Shown one piece after another: positions 29,886-39,271 of a DNA stretch of 64,000 nucleotides. This DNA is from an archaeon (lineage in GTDB: Archaea; Thermoproteota; Thermoprotei_A; Marsarchaeales; Marsarchaeaceae): assembly GCA_021800035.1 (NCBI GenBank), contig JAJYZJ010000002.1:497-64496 (forward strand), in the 5' to 3' direction. A program made the translations under genes and the position numbers. Position 1 is the first letter of the stretch. Every line of letters starts with the position of its first letter. The notes beneath the pieces were generated by a model. It was not told the DNA's origin and ran no database searches. It saw only the letters and a list, made by a program, of their open reading frames with translations.

Positions 29886-30968
29886 TCAATCCTCAGATGT
29901 TTTCCACAATCGCGATGGAGCTGGAGGGTGAACAAACATTCGTAGGGCAAAGAAGGACGGCCTCGGAGTTCCGTTGACCTGGAGGAGCCCGAACCCCTGA
30001 CCGTTTTCCTCAAACATGTACCAGAATATTTTCCGCGCGCCATCTTGAAGCAGAAGTGGGTAAGCCTCCCGTATGAACTGGCTCTGCGAGCCGCCGATAT
30101 CAAATATAGTAGTCCCTGTTTCTGTAACCCAGAATGGCAATCCCGGAAAATCTGACCTATAGACCGCTATACTGGCGCTCCAATCTTCCCACACTGAATT
30201 GCTCATGTTACTCCAGTCGTAGGCGTGAATAGAAAAAGCGTCCATACACCGCCCTCCGCCTAGCGTTGCGACGCCTCTTGCAAACTCAAAGTCTCTTTCT
30301 AGCATGGAGTCATTAGGGCCAGAGTAAACCGCGACTCCTCCCAAGCCTATTACTATCGCATCCGGCTGAAGGCTCTTTATTATGTGGTAAGCTGAACAAA
30401 GAAGTTCGTAATAATTATACGAAGAGCCATTCTCGTAACCATTTCGGAAAACCGTTGGCTCATTCCAGATTTCATAAGCGTTCACCTCACGGCCAAAACT
30501 CATTACAAATTCTGTGATGCTCTTCTTCCAGACCTGAAGGCTTGGAAGGAAATCGCTCCCTGTTTCATACCACACAACTTGATCATCCAAGATTACCAGG
30601 GTTCGTAATCCCTCTTTCTTGGCCACACGAAGCTCTTGAACTATATCGGATGGCACATCAATCCTCACCCAGCCTACCCCTAGTTGCCTGATGTAAGGAG
30701 CGTAACTGAGGTTGTGTGTGTTAACTCCGAACAAATTCTCAAAATTCATTTGAGCGGGAGTGGCCGGACTCGCCCCCACCGAACCACTTAATATAGTGAG
30801 GCCGAGAAGAGCGAAGATCAAGGTGGCTACAAAAACTTCCAATCCCCAACAACTCACCCAGTCAGCTCTGTAGTCGGTCAAGAAATACCGCGTCTCCTTT
30901 AAATTTGTTATGTCAGGTAATCTTCTTCCCGTTATGGAAACTCCCGCGGCAACTAGCAAACCTGACAA
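29886..30968 (-). CDS. membrane-anchored or secreted clan GH-A (TIM-barrel, GH5/GH39-like) glycoside hydrolase
   Basis: Hydrophobic N-terminal segment, YEIWNEPT (acid/base Glu) and FWVTETG (nucleophile Glu). Confidence 0.7.
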   Translation of the reverse strand: MSGLLVAAGVSITGRRLPDITNLKETRYFLTDYRADWVSCWGLEVFVATLIFALLGLTILSGSVGASPATPAQMNFENLFGVNTHNLSYAPYIRQLGVGWVRIDVPSDIVQELRVAKKEGLRTLVILDDQVVWYETGSDFLPSLQVWKKSITEFVMSFGREVNAYEIWNEPTVFRNGYENGSSYNYYELLCSAYHIIKSLQPDAIVIGLGGVAVYSGPNDSMLERDFEFARGVATLGGGRCMDAFSIHAYDWSNMSNSVWEDWSASIAVYRSDFPGLPFWVTETGTTIFDIGGSQSQFIREAYPLLLQDGARKIFWYMFEENGQGFGLLQVNGTPRPSFFALRMFVHPPAPSRLWKTSED

Positions 30969-31079
30969 TTCAATGCTCGATTAGCGGTTAGGGGGCGTAG
31001 CTAGCCAAAAGGAGCACGCACTCAGACCGTACAAAGTGACGCCATAACCAAACAATGGCAAGAAGTTAAGTTTAGGTAG

Positions 31080-31925
31080 GTGGTGAAATTATGCGGGATT
31101 GAGTACATGCAGGACCTGAGCTTCCCAGCGCTCGTTGGACAGATGGCCTCAAAAGGAAGACCATTTGTCGTAGCTACAGTGGTCGACACTGAAGGCTCGA
31201 CGCTTGCAAAAAAGGGCTTCAAAGTAGTAATGAATGAAAGAGGAGAAGTGGTTTACGGTACCCTGGGCGGGGCGTGTCCAGAAGGCGCAATTTCTGAGGT
31301 TGCTCTCGAAACCATCCGCAGCCGGAAGCCCAGGCTCGTAAAGGTGATACTGGAAGACACTGGAAGGGCCGTGGCCGCTGCGCTGAAGCCACAGGAGTCT
31401 GATGTGATACACGTGGAGACCAATTGTGGAGGACGGATGCAGATATTTGTTGAGCCTTTTACCGAAAAGGAGAGATTGATAATAGTAAGCGATGGAGGGA
31501 GGGACGAAGTAGCGAGCGCAGTCGCGGCAATGGCCGAAACTGTTGGTTTTCGTGTAGAACTAGTTGATCCATCGGGAACGGTACCCGAAATAAAGAACGT
31601 CCACAAAAGTGAAACCCTTCTCGAACTTGATGTAGGGAAGGAGGACTACGTGGTACTGGTCACGCGTGGGAGGCTAGACGTTCCGGTGTTGGAAGAACTT
31701 TCCAAGGTCAGATGCCGGTATATCGGGCTCATGGGCTCCCGGACGCGCATTGCGGAAGATTTTGAAAAGCTTCGAACCAAAGGAGTCGCAGATGACTTCC
31801 TAAACTTCGTGAGCGCTCCTGTTGGCGCTGACATAGGAGCCCAAACTCCGGAAGAAATCGCACTCAGCATCGTGGCGGAGCTAGTAGCTGCAAGACATGG
31901 AAAAGAGGTATGGCGAAAGCGCTGA
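31080..31925 (+). CDS. XdhC/CoxI-family molybdoenzyme maturation chaperone
   Basis: GRPFVVATVVDTEGSTLAKKG ... GTLGGACPEG plus a C-terminal Rossmann-like domain (RLIIVSDG, VLVTRG). The likely start is ATG 31107. Confidence 0.85.
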   Translation: MVKLCGIEYMQDLSFPALVGQMASKGRPFVVATVVDTEGSTLAKKGFKVVMNERGEVVYGTLGGACPEGAISEVALETIRSRKPRLVKVILEDTGRAVAAALKPQESDVIHVETNCGGRMQIFVEPFTEKERLIIVSDGGRDEVASAVAAMAETVGFRVELVDPSGTVPEIKNVHKSETLLELDVGKEDYVVLVTRGRLDVPVLEELSKVRCRYIGLMGSRTRIAEDFEKLRTKGVADDFLNFVSAPVGADIGAQTPEEIALSIVAELVAARHGKEVWRKR

Positions 31926-33172
31926 CGCGAGAGCCTAGTCTAGCTGGAGACCCTCTGGGAGGGATGCACCCGGTATCCGAACTGATGGAATACCACCAGT
32001 TCCTCAAACTTGTTTTTAGTGAGATTGGACCAATCGCGAGTTTCGAGAAGATCACTCTTCCCGAGGCTGTAGGAAGGGTACTCGCAACCGACTTCAGGGC
32101 AAGGAGATCCATTCCCGATTTTCGAAGATCAAATTTCGACGGTTACGCCGTGCGTGCTGTAGATACGGCCGGCGCATCCAAGTCTTCTCCAGTTAAACTT
32201 AGCCTGTCAGGCTTTTCGAAACCAGGGAAGCCCTACAGCAGAGCGCTTGGACAAAGCGAATGCGTCAGGATATTCACAGGAGCGGCCCTTCCTCGGGGGG
32301 CAGACGCAGTCGTAATGGTCGAATACACCGAGGCAAGTGGTGGCACGATCAGAGTATTCGAAGAGGTGGCTTCTGGTAGTCGATATGATGATGTCGGAGC
32401 GGATATCAGGCGCGGGTCACTTTTGCTCCCTCGAGGAAGAAGGATCCGGCCCCTTGACTTACCGATTATCGCTTCCCAAGGTGTGGATTCCCTGAAAGTG
32501 ACTGTCCGACCCAAGGTGCTGGTCGTTCCTACAGGAAATGAGGTGAAACCAGTCGGCAGCCGCCTAAAAAATGGAGAGATCTATGATGCCAACAGCTTGG
32601 CGGTGGCTGAGCTAACTAGAAAAAGAGGTGCAATAGTCATGCCGCTTGCACCAGTGCGTGATAGCCCGCAAGCCATTTCAGATATCCTGAGCAGATACAG
32701 TGGGCATTACCACATGATAGCATTCATTGGTGGGTCCAGCGCTGGAGCCGAAGACTATATCGCGCGGCTGGTCGCGGAAAAAGGGAAGGTATTTGTGCAT
32801 GGGATTGCAATCAGTCCAGGTAGGCCCACTCTATTTGGATGTGTAGGAAAGACGCTGGTTCTCGGCATACCAGGTCACCCCGCTTCGAGCGTGGCCGTAA
32901 CGGTTTTGGCGGCTTATCCCATAGTCGATAGACTCTCTGGAGCAATCGAAGACGCCCCCTGCTCATACGTCAGACTAGCTTCCCAACCAGATTGTCCGAA
33001 GGAACTGACCTGTCTCAGAACAGTCAGAGCGACTGGCGCCAGTGCGACTCTCGCGTACAGGAGCTCAAGCCAGCTATCTAGTTTCCTGAATAGCGATGGT
33101 TACATACTCACTGACGCCAATGCCGCTGCGGCCAACAGGGATGATGGCTGGGTTCGTTTACACTTTTTCTGA
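31910..33172 (+). CDS. moeA: molybdopterin molybdenumtransferase MoeA
   Basis: RSNFDGYAVR, RIFTGAALPRGADAVVMVE, VVPTGNEV, IGGSSAG and LGIPGHPAS motifs. The ORF overlaps the xdhC-like stop by 16 nt. Confidence 0.9.
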   Translation: MAKALTREPSLAGDPLGGMHPVSELMEYHQFLKLVFSEIGPIASFEKITLPEAVGRVLATDFRARRSIPDFRRSNFDGYAVRAVDTAGASKSSPVKLSLSGFSKPGKPYSRALGQSECVRIFTGAALPRGADAVVMVEYTEASGGTIRVFEEVASGSRYDDVGADIRRGSLLLPRGRRIRPLDLPIIASQGVDSLKVTVRPKVLVVPTGNEVKPVGSRLKNGEIYDANSLAVAELTRKRGAIVMPLAPVRDSPQAISDILSRYSGHYHMIAFIGGSSAGAEDYIARLVAEKGKVFVHGIAISPGRPTLFGCVGKTLVLGIPGHPASSVAVTVLAAYPIVDRLSGAIEDAPCSYVRLASQPDCPKELTCLRTVRATGASATLAYRSSSQLSSFLNSDGYILTDANAAAANRDDGWVRLHFF

Positions 33173-33215
33173 ATCTGAATCGAACCCAGAAATATATGAT
33201 TCTTTAATGCTTTGC

Positions 33216-34028
33216 CTATGCGACAAATCCCATCCTATCCGTCGCCATGTCCTTACCCGCAAGCGACATAAGGTCAGGAAGCAACACACCAAGATGCAGA
33301 GGGGTCTCATTAATTATCCATTTCCTTGCCCTAGCCTCTCTCAGCGCACCAGTCACGTGAGACCATGCAGTGAGTGAATCCGTCTCGTACATAACAACAA
33401 ACTCATGATCACCCAAACCGTAACTATAAGTTGTGTAAGAGCGGATTCCCTTCCCCTCTGGGTGTGAGCGTGCTATTCCGATGTGCTCTGCCATGATCTT
33501 TTTCCTTTCCTCATAGTCAAGTTGGTACCAGTCTGCACTCTTGCTCATCGGATATGCCACAAAATATCGCAACGGCTCCCTCTTGAAACCTTCCGTCAAG
33601 TCTCCTCCTGCTTTGATGTAGGGAGATTCCTCGAAGAGGGAAAGAAGGCTGTGTGTTGGGTTCGCGACTCCAACAAAGGCGCTGTTCATTTTGAGCTTGA
33701 TGTCCGCGAGCTGTTCCGGTTCGCGCGAAGCGCACCAGAAGAGCAGGTCACAATCCCACTGCATAGACTTGTATGCTCGAAAGAATAATGGCCCCGGGGT
33801 GCCATCCTCAATACTCTTCCTTAACCTTGACGCAATTCTGCCCCTAAGAATTGAATCCCCTGACCACCAGGCAGGCTGCAATCGGTAGGCAAGGACCATC
33901 ATGTAAACTTCTGCTGACAACGCTCCTTGTGCTTTGTCCGAAGACGCAATATATAACTTCCACGAAGAAATCGGAAGGGAAGATGTTACTACTGACTCGT
34001 GGTACAGCTTATAATTCACGCTAACCAA
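33216..34028 (-). CDS. chlorite dismutase-family (Cld/HemQ-like) haem protein
   Basis: YQLDYEERKKIMAEHIGIARSHPEGKGIRSYTTYSYGLGDHEFVVMYETDSL is the family core. The start is uncertain: TATA-like elements inside the first 126 nt favour a start at MMVLAYRL (33902). Confidence 0.75.
   Translation of the reverse strand: MVSVNYKLYHESVVTSSLPISSWKLYIASSDKAQGALSAEVYMMVLAYRLQPAWWSGDSILRGRIASRLRKSIEDGTPGPLFFRAYKSMQWDCDLLFWCASREPEQLADIKLKMNSAFVGVANPTHSLLSLFEESPYIKAGGDLTEGFKREPLRYFVAYPMSKSADWYQLDYEERKKIMAEHIGIARSHPEGKGIRSYTTYSYGLGDHEFVVMYETDSLTAWSHVTGALREARARKWIINETPLHLGVLLPDLMSLAGKDMATDRMGFVA
34008..34017 (+). promoter_or_regulatory. TATA-like element (CTTATAATTC) for mfnB
   Basis: Its centre is ~27 nt upstream of ATG 34040, consistent with a leaderless transcript. 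Confidence 0.4.
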
Positions 34029-34039
34029 AACGAAACACC

Positions 34040-34795
34040 ATGATGCTCATGGTGAGCGTGCAGGATCTAAGAGAGGCAGAGCAGGCAGTACGTGGCGGCG
34101 CGGACATAGTCGACGTAAAGAATCTAAAGGAGACCATTGTGGGGTCAAATTTTCCGCCTGTTATAAAGGAAGTGAGGAATGCCTTCCCCAGGAATATTCA
34201 CGTTAGCGTCACGCTTGGCGCAGTTCCAAACCAAGCCGGAACCGTAGCACTAGCGGTTTACGGTGCCGGTGCACTGGGGGCGACATCCGTCAAGGTGGGC
34301 TTCGTAAATACTGACTATGATACAGCGTTGAGAATATTGAAGGAATCCCGCAAAGCGCTCGAGGGGTTTGACACTAAGCTCATAGCCGCAACTTTTGCTG
34401 ATAGCCACCTCTATGGCGGCCTTCCAGCGGAGCATGTGGTGGCTCTTGGAGCAGAGAGCAAATCAGATGGCATTTTAATCGACACACTGACAAAGGATGG
34501 GAGAAACCTCTTTGATTTTGTTCCCGAGAAGAAACTGGGTGAACTTGTTAGCGCGGCCAAGGAAAACAGAATGAGTGCGGCCCTTTCCGGGTCATTGAGA
34601 CTAGAGAACCTGAACACGCTTGCCAGAATAAACCCTGATATTGTAGGAGTGCGCGGGGCAGTGTGCACGAATGGTGACAGGGAATCTGGACATGTGGCTG
34701 CAGAAGCAGTGGCGAGGCTGAAATCTGAGCTGCAGAAACGAATGAGCGGAGAGATTGACGTTTACGCCCTTGCCAAAGGGGCGGCGGCGGTTTGA
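34040..34795 (+). CDS. mfnB: (5-formylfuran-3-yl)methyl phosphate synthase (4-HFC-P synthase, DUF556)
   Basis: MLMVSVQDLREAEQAVRGGADIVDVKNLKE..GSNFPPVIKEVR ... ILIDTLTKDGRNLFDF ... DIVGVRGAVCTNGDR is colinear with M. jannaschii MfnB as I recall it. Confidence 0.9.
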   Translation: MMLMVSVQDLREAEQAVRGGADIVDVKNLKETIVGSNFPPVIKEVRNAFPRNIHVSVTLGAVPNQAGTVALAVYGAGALGATSVKVGFVNTDYDTALRILKESRKALEGFDTKLIAATFADSHLYGGLPAEHVVALGAESKSDGILIDTLTKDGRNLFDFVPEKKLGELVSAAKENRMSAALSGSLRLENLNTLARINPDIVGVRGAVCTNGDRESGHVAAEAVARLKSELQKRMSGEIDVYALAKGAAAV

Positions 34796-35046
34796 GCGAG
34801 TCACCCCCCCACAACCTTGCTGGTACTATCGACGCCACCTCACACAACTGTAAAGGAGTAATAGCCGGTTTGGAGGCACTTTTGGGCGACGCTCCTCCCG
34901 GTACAAGCGCAGTCGCACTGGTTGGTGACGTTCTAAGCCGCCATGATGTTCACGCTTGGTGTGACAGAAGGGGGTACAGAGTAACTCTGGAAGAGCGCCG
35001 TGGTAACGTTATTGCCCTAACAATCGTGAAGAGTCGGGACTCGTAA
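34792..35046 (+). CDS. TusA/SirA-fold small protein (non-canonical Cys motif)
   Basis: IDATSHNCKGVIAGLEALL..PGTSAVALVGD..SRHDVHAWCDRRGYRV aligns with the TusA pattern LDxRGLxCPxP...PGxxLxVxxDD...DIxxW. It carries CKGV instead of CPxP. The TTG start overlaps the mfnB stop by 4 nt. Confidence 0.55.
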   Translation: MSESPPHNLAGTIDATSHNCKGVIAGLEALLGDAPPGTSAVALVGDVLSRHDVHAWCDRRGYRVTLEERRGNVIALTIVKSRDS

Positions 35047-35365
35047 CAAATCTCGGATCAGAGTCCTTGGGACAGGTGCTTGGTTAGGATACTGCGAAAG
35101 TCGCTGTCTTGTCCAACCTGGGGAATCACTCTGCATGTGCGGAAGAGCGGGCGTGCTATATTTCGGAACTACATATCATACTGCTCGCTTCTTCTCTTGT
35201 TCCTAATACTTAGACTCCATCAAAAACTGAGCCACCTACTCACTCAGCCAAAGCATATACGTCTCCCCACTCTTTATTTATAAGATCGTATGTACGCGGC
35301 GAGCATTTTACCTAGCAGTTAGCACCAATCCTAAAAAGAGAGCCCGTCACCTCAACATCCGGAAA

Positions 35366-35755
35366 ATGGGAGCGTCGCAAATTCCCGACCAGCTAGCCGA
35401 AGAATTGAGTAGACCGGGCAGAAAGCTGCTTATCGCAGAAGCGGAGATATGCTTCGACAGTGGACCTCGGAACGTGGCGTATGTCATTGAAGTTGAAGAA
35501 AGGTCGGGCGCGGCGGGAGGAAGGGCAGCAGGGATTGGTTTGCGGAAACCTACCGCGATTATGGGTTATACGTTCGATGGGGAACACTGGACCTTGCTGA
35601 ACAAAGTGACACATGAACAAGAAATCTCGAAGTATGAATTGCCTTACCACGCGACCGCGATGGACGTGACTCTGCCCAATGGGAGCACAGTAGTAGTGAG
35701 CGGCGTAATAGACCCCGGGCTGGTCTCGACTTATCAGGCTCTGACACGAGGCTAG
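35366..35755 (+). CDS. hypothetical protein
   Basis: 129-aa ORF with balanced composition. Antisense ORFs exist, but they are Arg/Cys-rich. No recognised motif. Confidence 0.4.
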   Translation: MGASQIPDQLAEELSRPGRKLLIAEAEICFDSGPRNVAYVIEVEERSGAAGGRAAGIGLRKPTAIMGYTFDGEHWTLLNKVTHEQEISKYELPYHATAMDVTLPNGSTVVVSGVIDPGLVSTYQALTRG

Positions 35756-35845
35756 TTGAATCAAGATGAGGTCGGGGTACCAAGCCAGGTGTATCAATCT
35801 TTTTCAAACAAACAGGTATAGAAAATCGATAGGAGATTTTGCGGT

Positions 35846-36613
35846 ATGACTGCCCCGACAAACCCGGTGGAAAAAAGGGGCAGGCAGGCCAGCTGGAGCA
35901 GGTGGCTCGACTACAGCCAGTCCAAAGCCCTGCGCCGATCTCTTCTCGTAGTGATAGCGATTCTTGTAATACTACTGGTCAGATCGGCTCAGCAGGGTCT
36001 GAGTTCTACCTTTTCACTCGACCCTCTTCGGGCAGCCTATATCACTATCGAACTCTCTGCCATTATCGACCCGATAGGAGCGCTTCCGATGTTCCTTGTC
36101 TTCGTGGGCGACCTAAGTGCTGATGGTCGGAAAAAGGTAGTTGAGACTATGACATCAGTGGCAGTTGGATTATTGCTCTTCTTCGCGTTGCTCGGCCAAC
36201 CACTGCTCCAAGTTCTCGGCATCAATGTCAATAGTTTCGAATTCGGTGGCGGCATAATCTTGATTGCGCTTGCGCTTGACATGCTATTCGCGGGGCCGGA
36301 GAAACGCACCATAAGTGTCCAAGACGTAGCGGTGGTACCGCTGGCGACGCCACTTTTGGTGGGCCCGGGAACGATGACCGCCCTAATTGTGCTCACGAAC
36401 CAAGCACAGACTTCTATTCTTGATGTCCTTATTGGTTCCGGCGCGGCGGCACTCTTCATATACCTTGTGTTCTACTTCTCTGAGTATATTTTCAGACTCC
36501 TCGGACAAAACGGAATAAAGGCGATAAGCAGGCTTTTCACAATCATTCTTGCTGCTATCGCCGCACAGATGATTCACAGCGCTCTCCTCGGGTGGGGGGT
36601 CGCAAAATTCTAA
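35846..36613 (+). CDS. MarC-family (UPF0056) integral membrane protein
   Basis: IDPIGALPMFLVF signature and six TM helices. The N-terminal ~40 aa may be over-extended. Confidence 0.8.
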   Translation: MTAPTNPVEKRGRQASWSRWLDYSQSKALRRSLLVVIAILVILLVRSAQQGLSSTFSLDPLRAAYITIELSAIIDPIGALPMFLVFVGDLSADGRKKVVETMTSVAVGLLLFFALLGQPLLQVLGINVNSFEFGGGIILIALALDMLFAGPEKRTISVQDVAVVPLATPLLVGPGTMTALIVLTNQAQTSILDVLIGSGAAALFIYLVFYFSEYIFRLLGQNGIKAISRLFTIILAAIAAQMIHSALLGWGVAKF

Positions 36614-36825
36614 AGCTGTCCCAACCTGATGGGATTTAGCTCGAAGTTTGACTTCTGGCCGGACACAGACGACGAAGGGGGCGTCCGGGGTGATCCTTAC
36701 TCCAGCTCCTGAATCGGGGTCCAATCGGTCATCCAGAGTTATTTCGCGCTATTGAGCTCTAACACGTGCTCTTTGCCAAATGACCATACATATGTAGCAG
36801 ACCTAGGGGACTGCGGGATATCGGA

Positions 36826-37392
36826 TCAAGCTGAGTTCACCGACCTGCCAGTCACAGCAGTACCATCCTCTAACCTACCTTTAATCTCCCAGCCGCTCTG
36901 AAGGTAAGCCGTTAATTCGTCATCTGAAACTTTCTTCCACGTGGCGTCCACCACACAGAAAAGGTTGCCATCCGGATCCTCTAAAACTATGAAGTCGTCG
37001 AGAGGTTCGTACTGCTGGGCGTGTCCCTTCGCCCCGAGAGCCACTAGCCGTTCAACTTCAGCGCGCTGATTTTCAGTGTACAAGTCGAAATGTATCCAGT
37101 TCCTGCCGCTCAGTTTTTCATCAGGGTTCACTCGGTTCAAGGAGACACTTGTATTTTCTCGCGCGGGATCACGCAAAACCACAAAATCCTCTCCGCCATT
37201 GGGCCTTGGTGTGTAATGCAGCGCCCCTTGCCAGAACGAAACCATGCTTTCGAAGTTTACGCAATCGATTACCACCGACCCAATTCTCAGATCCTTCAGC
37301 CCAAGAGACACCCCATCATGCCTCAGCAAGCATTTTTCTGCATATATTTGGTTTGCGCTTAATCGAACTATCCCCCTGAACGCGGCCACCAA
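36826..37392 (-). CDS. VOC (glyoxalase/bleomycin-resistance fold) family protein
   Basis: IGSVVIDCVNFESMVSFWQGAL ... HFDLY ... IVLEDPDGNLFCVV is the paired beta-alpha-beta-beta-beta pattern. The start is probably downstream of 37392. Confidence 0.7.
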   Translation of the reverse strand: MVAAFRGIVRLSANQIYAEKCLLRHDGVSLGLKDLRIGSVVIDCVNFESMVSFWQGALHYTPRPNGGEDFVVLRDPARENTSVSLNRVNPDEKLSGRNWIHFDLYTENQRAEVERLVALGAKGHAQQYEPLDDFIVLEDPDGNLFCVVDATWKKVSDDELTAYLQSGWEIKGRLEDGTAVTGRSVNSA

Positions 37393-37601
37393 ATGCTGAG
37401 CGCGAGTATCAACTGTGACATAGCGCGTTCAGGTTTTGCGGCAGACTCCACTACTCGGCCCTGACCATTGCAAGGCCTTAATCGTACTAATGTCCGATGA
37501 ACTACATTACCCCAGAAACGAATTCAGTTCTACAGGATGCACAGACTGGTTTACAAAGTTCAAAAACCACTATCCTCATATAGACGGCATTTCGAAGTCG
37601 G

Positions 37602-38516
37602 GTGAGGATTGCATTGGCAGAGGCTATCGTTGCCGAGAATCTGGTAAAAATATACCCTAACAATAAAAAGGCACTCAATAGCTTCTCTTTAACCGTACCC
37701 CGAGGCACTGTATACAGTCTCCTCGGAAAAAATGGAGCTGGTAAGACTACCTTTACCAAAATCATAGCCACGATTCTCAAGCCAACATCGGGCGAAGCAA
37801 GCGTATTTGGCTTCGACCTGAAGAAACAATCCCATGAAATCAGAAGACGGGTGTCGATAGTTCCGCAAGAAAGCCGCCCGTTCTCCCTGCAGACACCCTA
37901 CGAGCACATACTCATGTTTCTCATCGCAAGAGGCTGGAGCCTATCTGATGCCAGAAAGAGGTCGCGTGAGGTGCTGGAGAGGCTGGAACTCACCGAATAT
38001 CAAAATCAGATCTGTTCTACCCTTTCTGGAGGGCTGAAGCAGCGTGTGGTCATCGCGATGGCATCTGCAGCGGAACCGGATCTCTTGCTTCTTGACGAAC
38101 CGACGATCGGCTTGGACCCAGTTGCGAGACTGATGATTTGGGATTTTATACGAGAACTCGTGGAACAGGGAACCACCATCTTTCTCACAACTCATTACAT
38201 GGATGAAGCTGAAAATCTTTCTGACAGGGTCACAATAATGGACAGAGGAATGAAAGTGCTGGAGGGTACGCCTTCGGAGCTCAAAAGGCACTTGGGCGAG
38301 ACCACCTCGGTCACTGTAACCGGACGTATTGGCGCTGAAGAACTTGCTGGTTTCGGAAAGTATTACCAGAATGGCTCTGCATCAAGAGTGTTTACGAGCG
38401 AATCTAGAGCGCGCGAACTCGCAGATTATTGCATGTCAAAGCAGCTCGCGGTAACTCTCCGTCCTGTTACACTTGAGGACCTTTTCATATACCTACTGGG
38501 TGAAGCGAATGATTGA
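37602..38516 (+). CDS. ABC transporter ATP-binding protein (ABC-2/DrrA-like)
   Basis: Walker A GKNGAGKTT, signature LSGGLKQRV, Walker B LLLLDEPTIGLD. Confidence 0.9.
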   Translation: MRIALAEAIVAENLVKIYPNNKKALNSFSLTVPRGTVYSLLGKNGAGKTTFTKIIATILKPTSGEASVFGFDLKKQSHEIRRRVSIVPQESRPFSLQTPYEHILMFLIARGWSLSDARKRSREVLERLELTEYQNQICSTLSGGLKQRVVIAMASAAEPDLLLLDEPTIGLDPVARLMIWDFIRELVEQGTTIFLTTHYMDEAENLSDRVTIMDRGMKVLEGTPSELKRHLGETTSVTVTGRIGAEELAGFGKYYQNGSASRVFTSESRARELADYCMSKQLAVTLRPVTLEDLFIYLLGEAND

Positions 38517-39252
38517 CAGACTCACCAAGGGCATAAAGACATCGATGGCGATTGCTTGGTTTTACGGCGTTCAGAACATCCGGAGGTCCCCGTTCTCTGT
38601 GGTGAATTTTATTCTCACCCCGGTTTCCATCCTCTTCTTCATCTATCTTTTTGGCGGAGCGAGGGCCACGACTTATGGCGTCGTGGGAGGCCTTGTGTCG
38701 ATACTGGTAAGCAGCAGCATAATCATAGAGACAGACGCGGCATTCATCAGAATAATCCTCAAAGTGCAAGATATGTTCGTTGCTTCTCCCGCGTCGGCAG
38801 TCTCGTATGCCGCTGGACTCGCGGTCGCAGAGTTAATCAACGGCATTGCCGGGGTCGGACTGTTCATCGGCCTTCTCGCCTACTACCACCCGCTTTCGCC
38901 ATTGGCAGTCCTCGTAATCGCATACGCGTGCACGCTCACCTGGGTCAGCATAACTGGTCTAGGCTTTCTCATATCGTCGTTTGCTCGCGACCCACGCGAT
39001 CTCTGGGTCTACTCACCGATTCTGACAGTTATGCTCTCCTTTGTGCCTCCTGTGTTTTACCCTCTAACCACCATTCCTTCAAGTTTCAGACTTGTGGCAT
39101 TTCTGTCTCCCACCACTTACGCTGCTGAGCTAGTAAGGGACGCGGTCGGTCTTTCAAATTCAAGCGTTCCCCTTGTGTCAATTGGACTACTGGGCTATTC
39201 CCTACTGCTCATAATGGTAGCCGCCAAGAGAACCAAATGGATGGAGCGCTGA
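38509..39252 (+). CDS. ABC-2 type transporter permease
   Basis: Six TM helices. ATG 38509 overlaps the ATPase stop (ATGATTGA), indicating translational coupling. Confidence 0.8.
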   Translation: MIDRLTKGIKTSMAIAWFYGVQNIRRSPFSVVNFILTPVSILFFIYLFGGARATTYGVVGGLVSILVSSSIIIETDAAFIRIILKVQDMFVASPASAVSYAAGLAVAELINGIAGVGLFIGLLAYYHPLSPLAVLVIAYACTLTWVSITGLGFLISSFARDPRDLWVYSPILTVMLSFVPPVFYPLTTIPSSFRLVAFLSPTTYAAELVRDAVGLSNSSVPLVSIGLLGYSLLLIMVAAKRTKWMER

Positions 39253-39271
39253 AACAAAGCCCTAGCGAGGT

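Noticed and set aside
35393-35861. 134-aa and 100-aa minus-strand ORFs overlapping the 129-aa plus-strand hypothetical gene
   Set aside because: Their composition is Arg/Cys/His-rich and there are multiple mutually overlapping frames, which is typical of shadow ORFs. The plus-strand ORF is itself only a low-confidence call.
38556-39128. 190-aa alternative-frame ORF inside the ABC-2 permease gene
   Set aside because: The translation is Arg/His-rich with no hydrophobic helices. The annotated frame gives six clean TM segments and is coupled to the ATPase stop codon.
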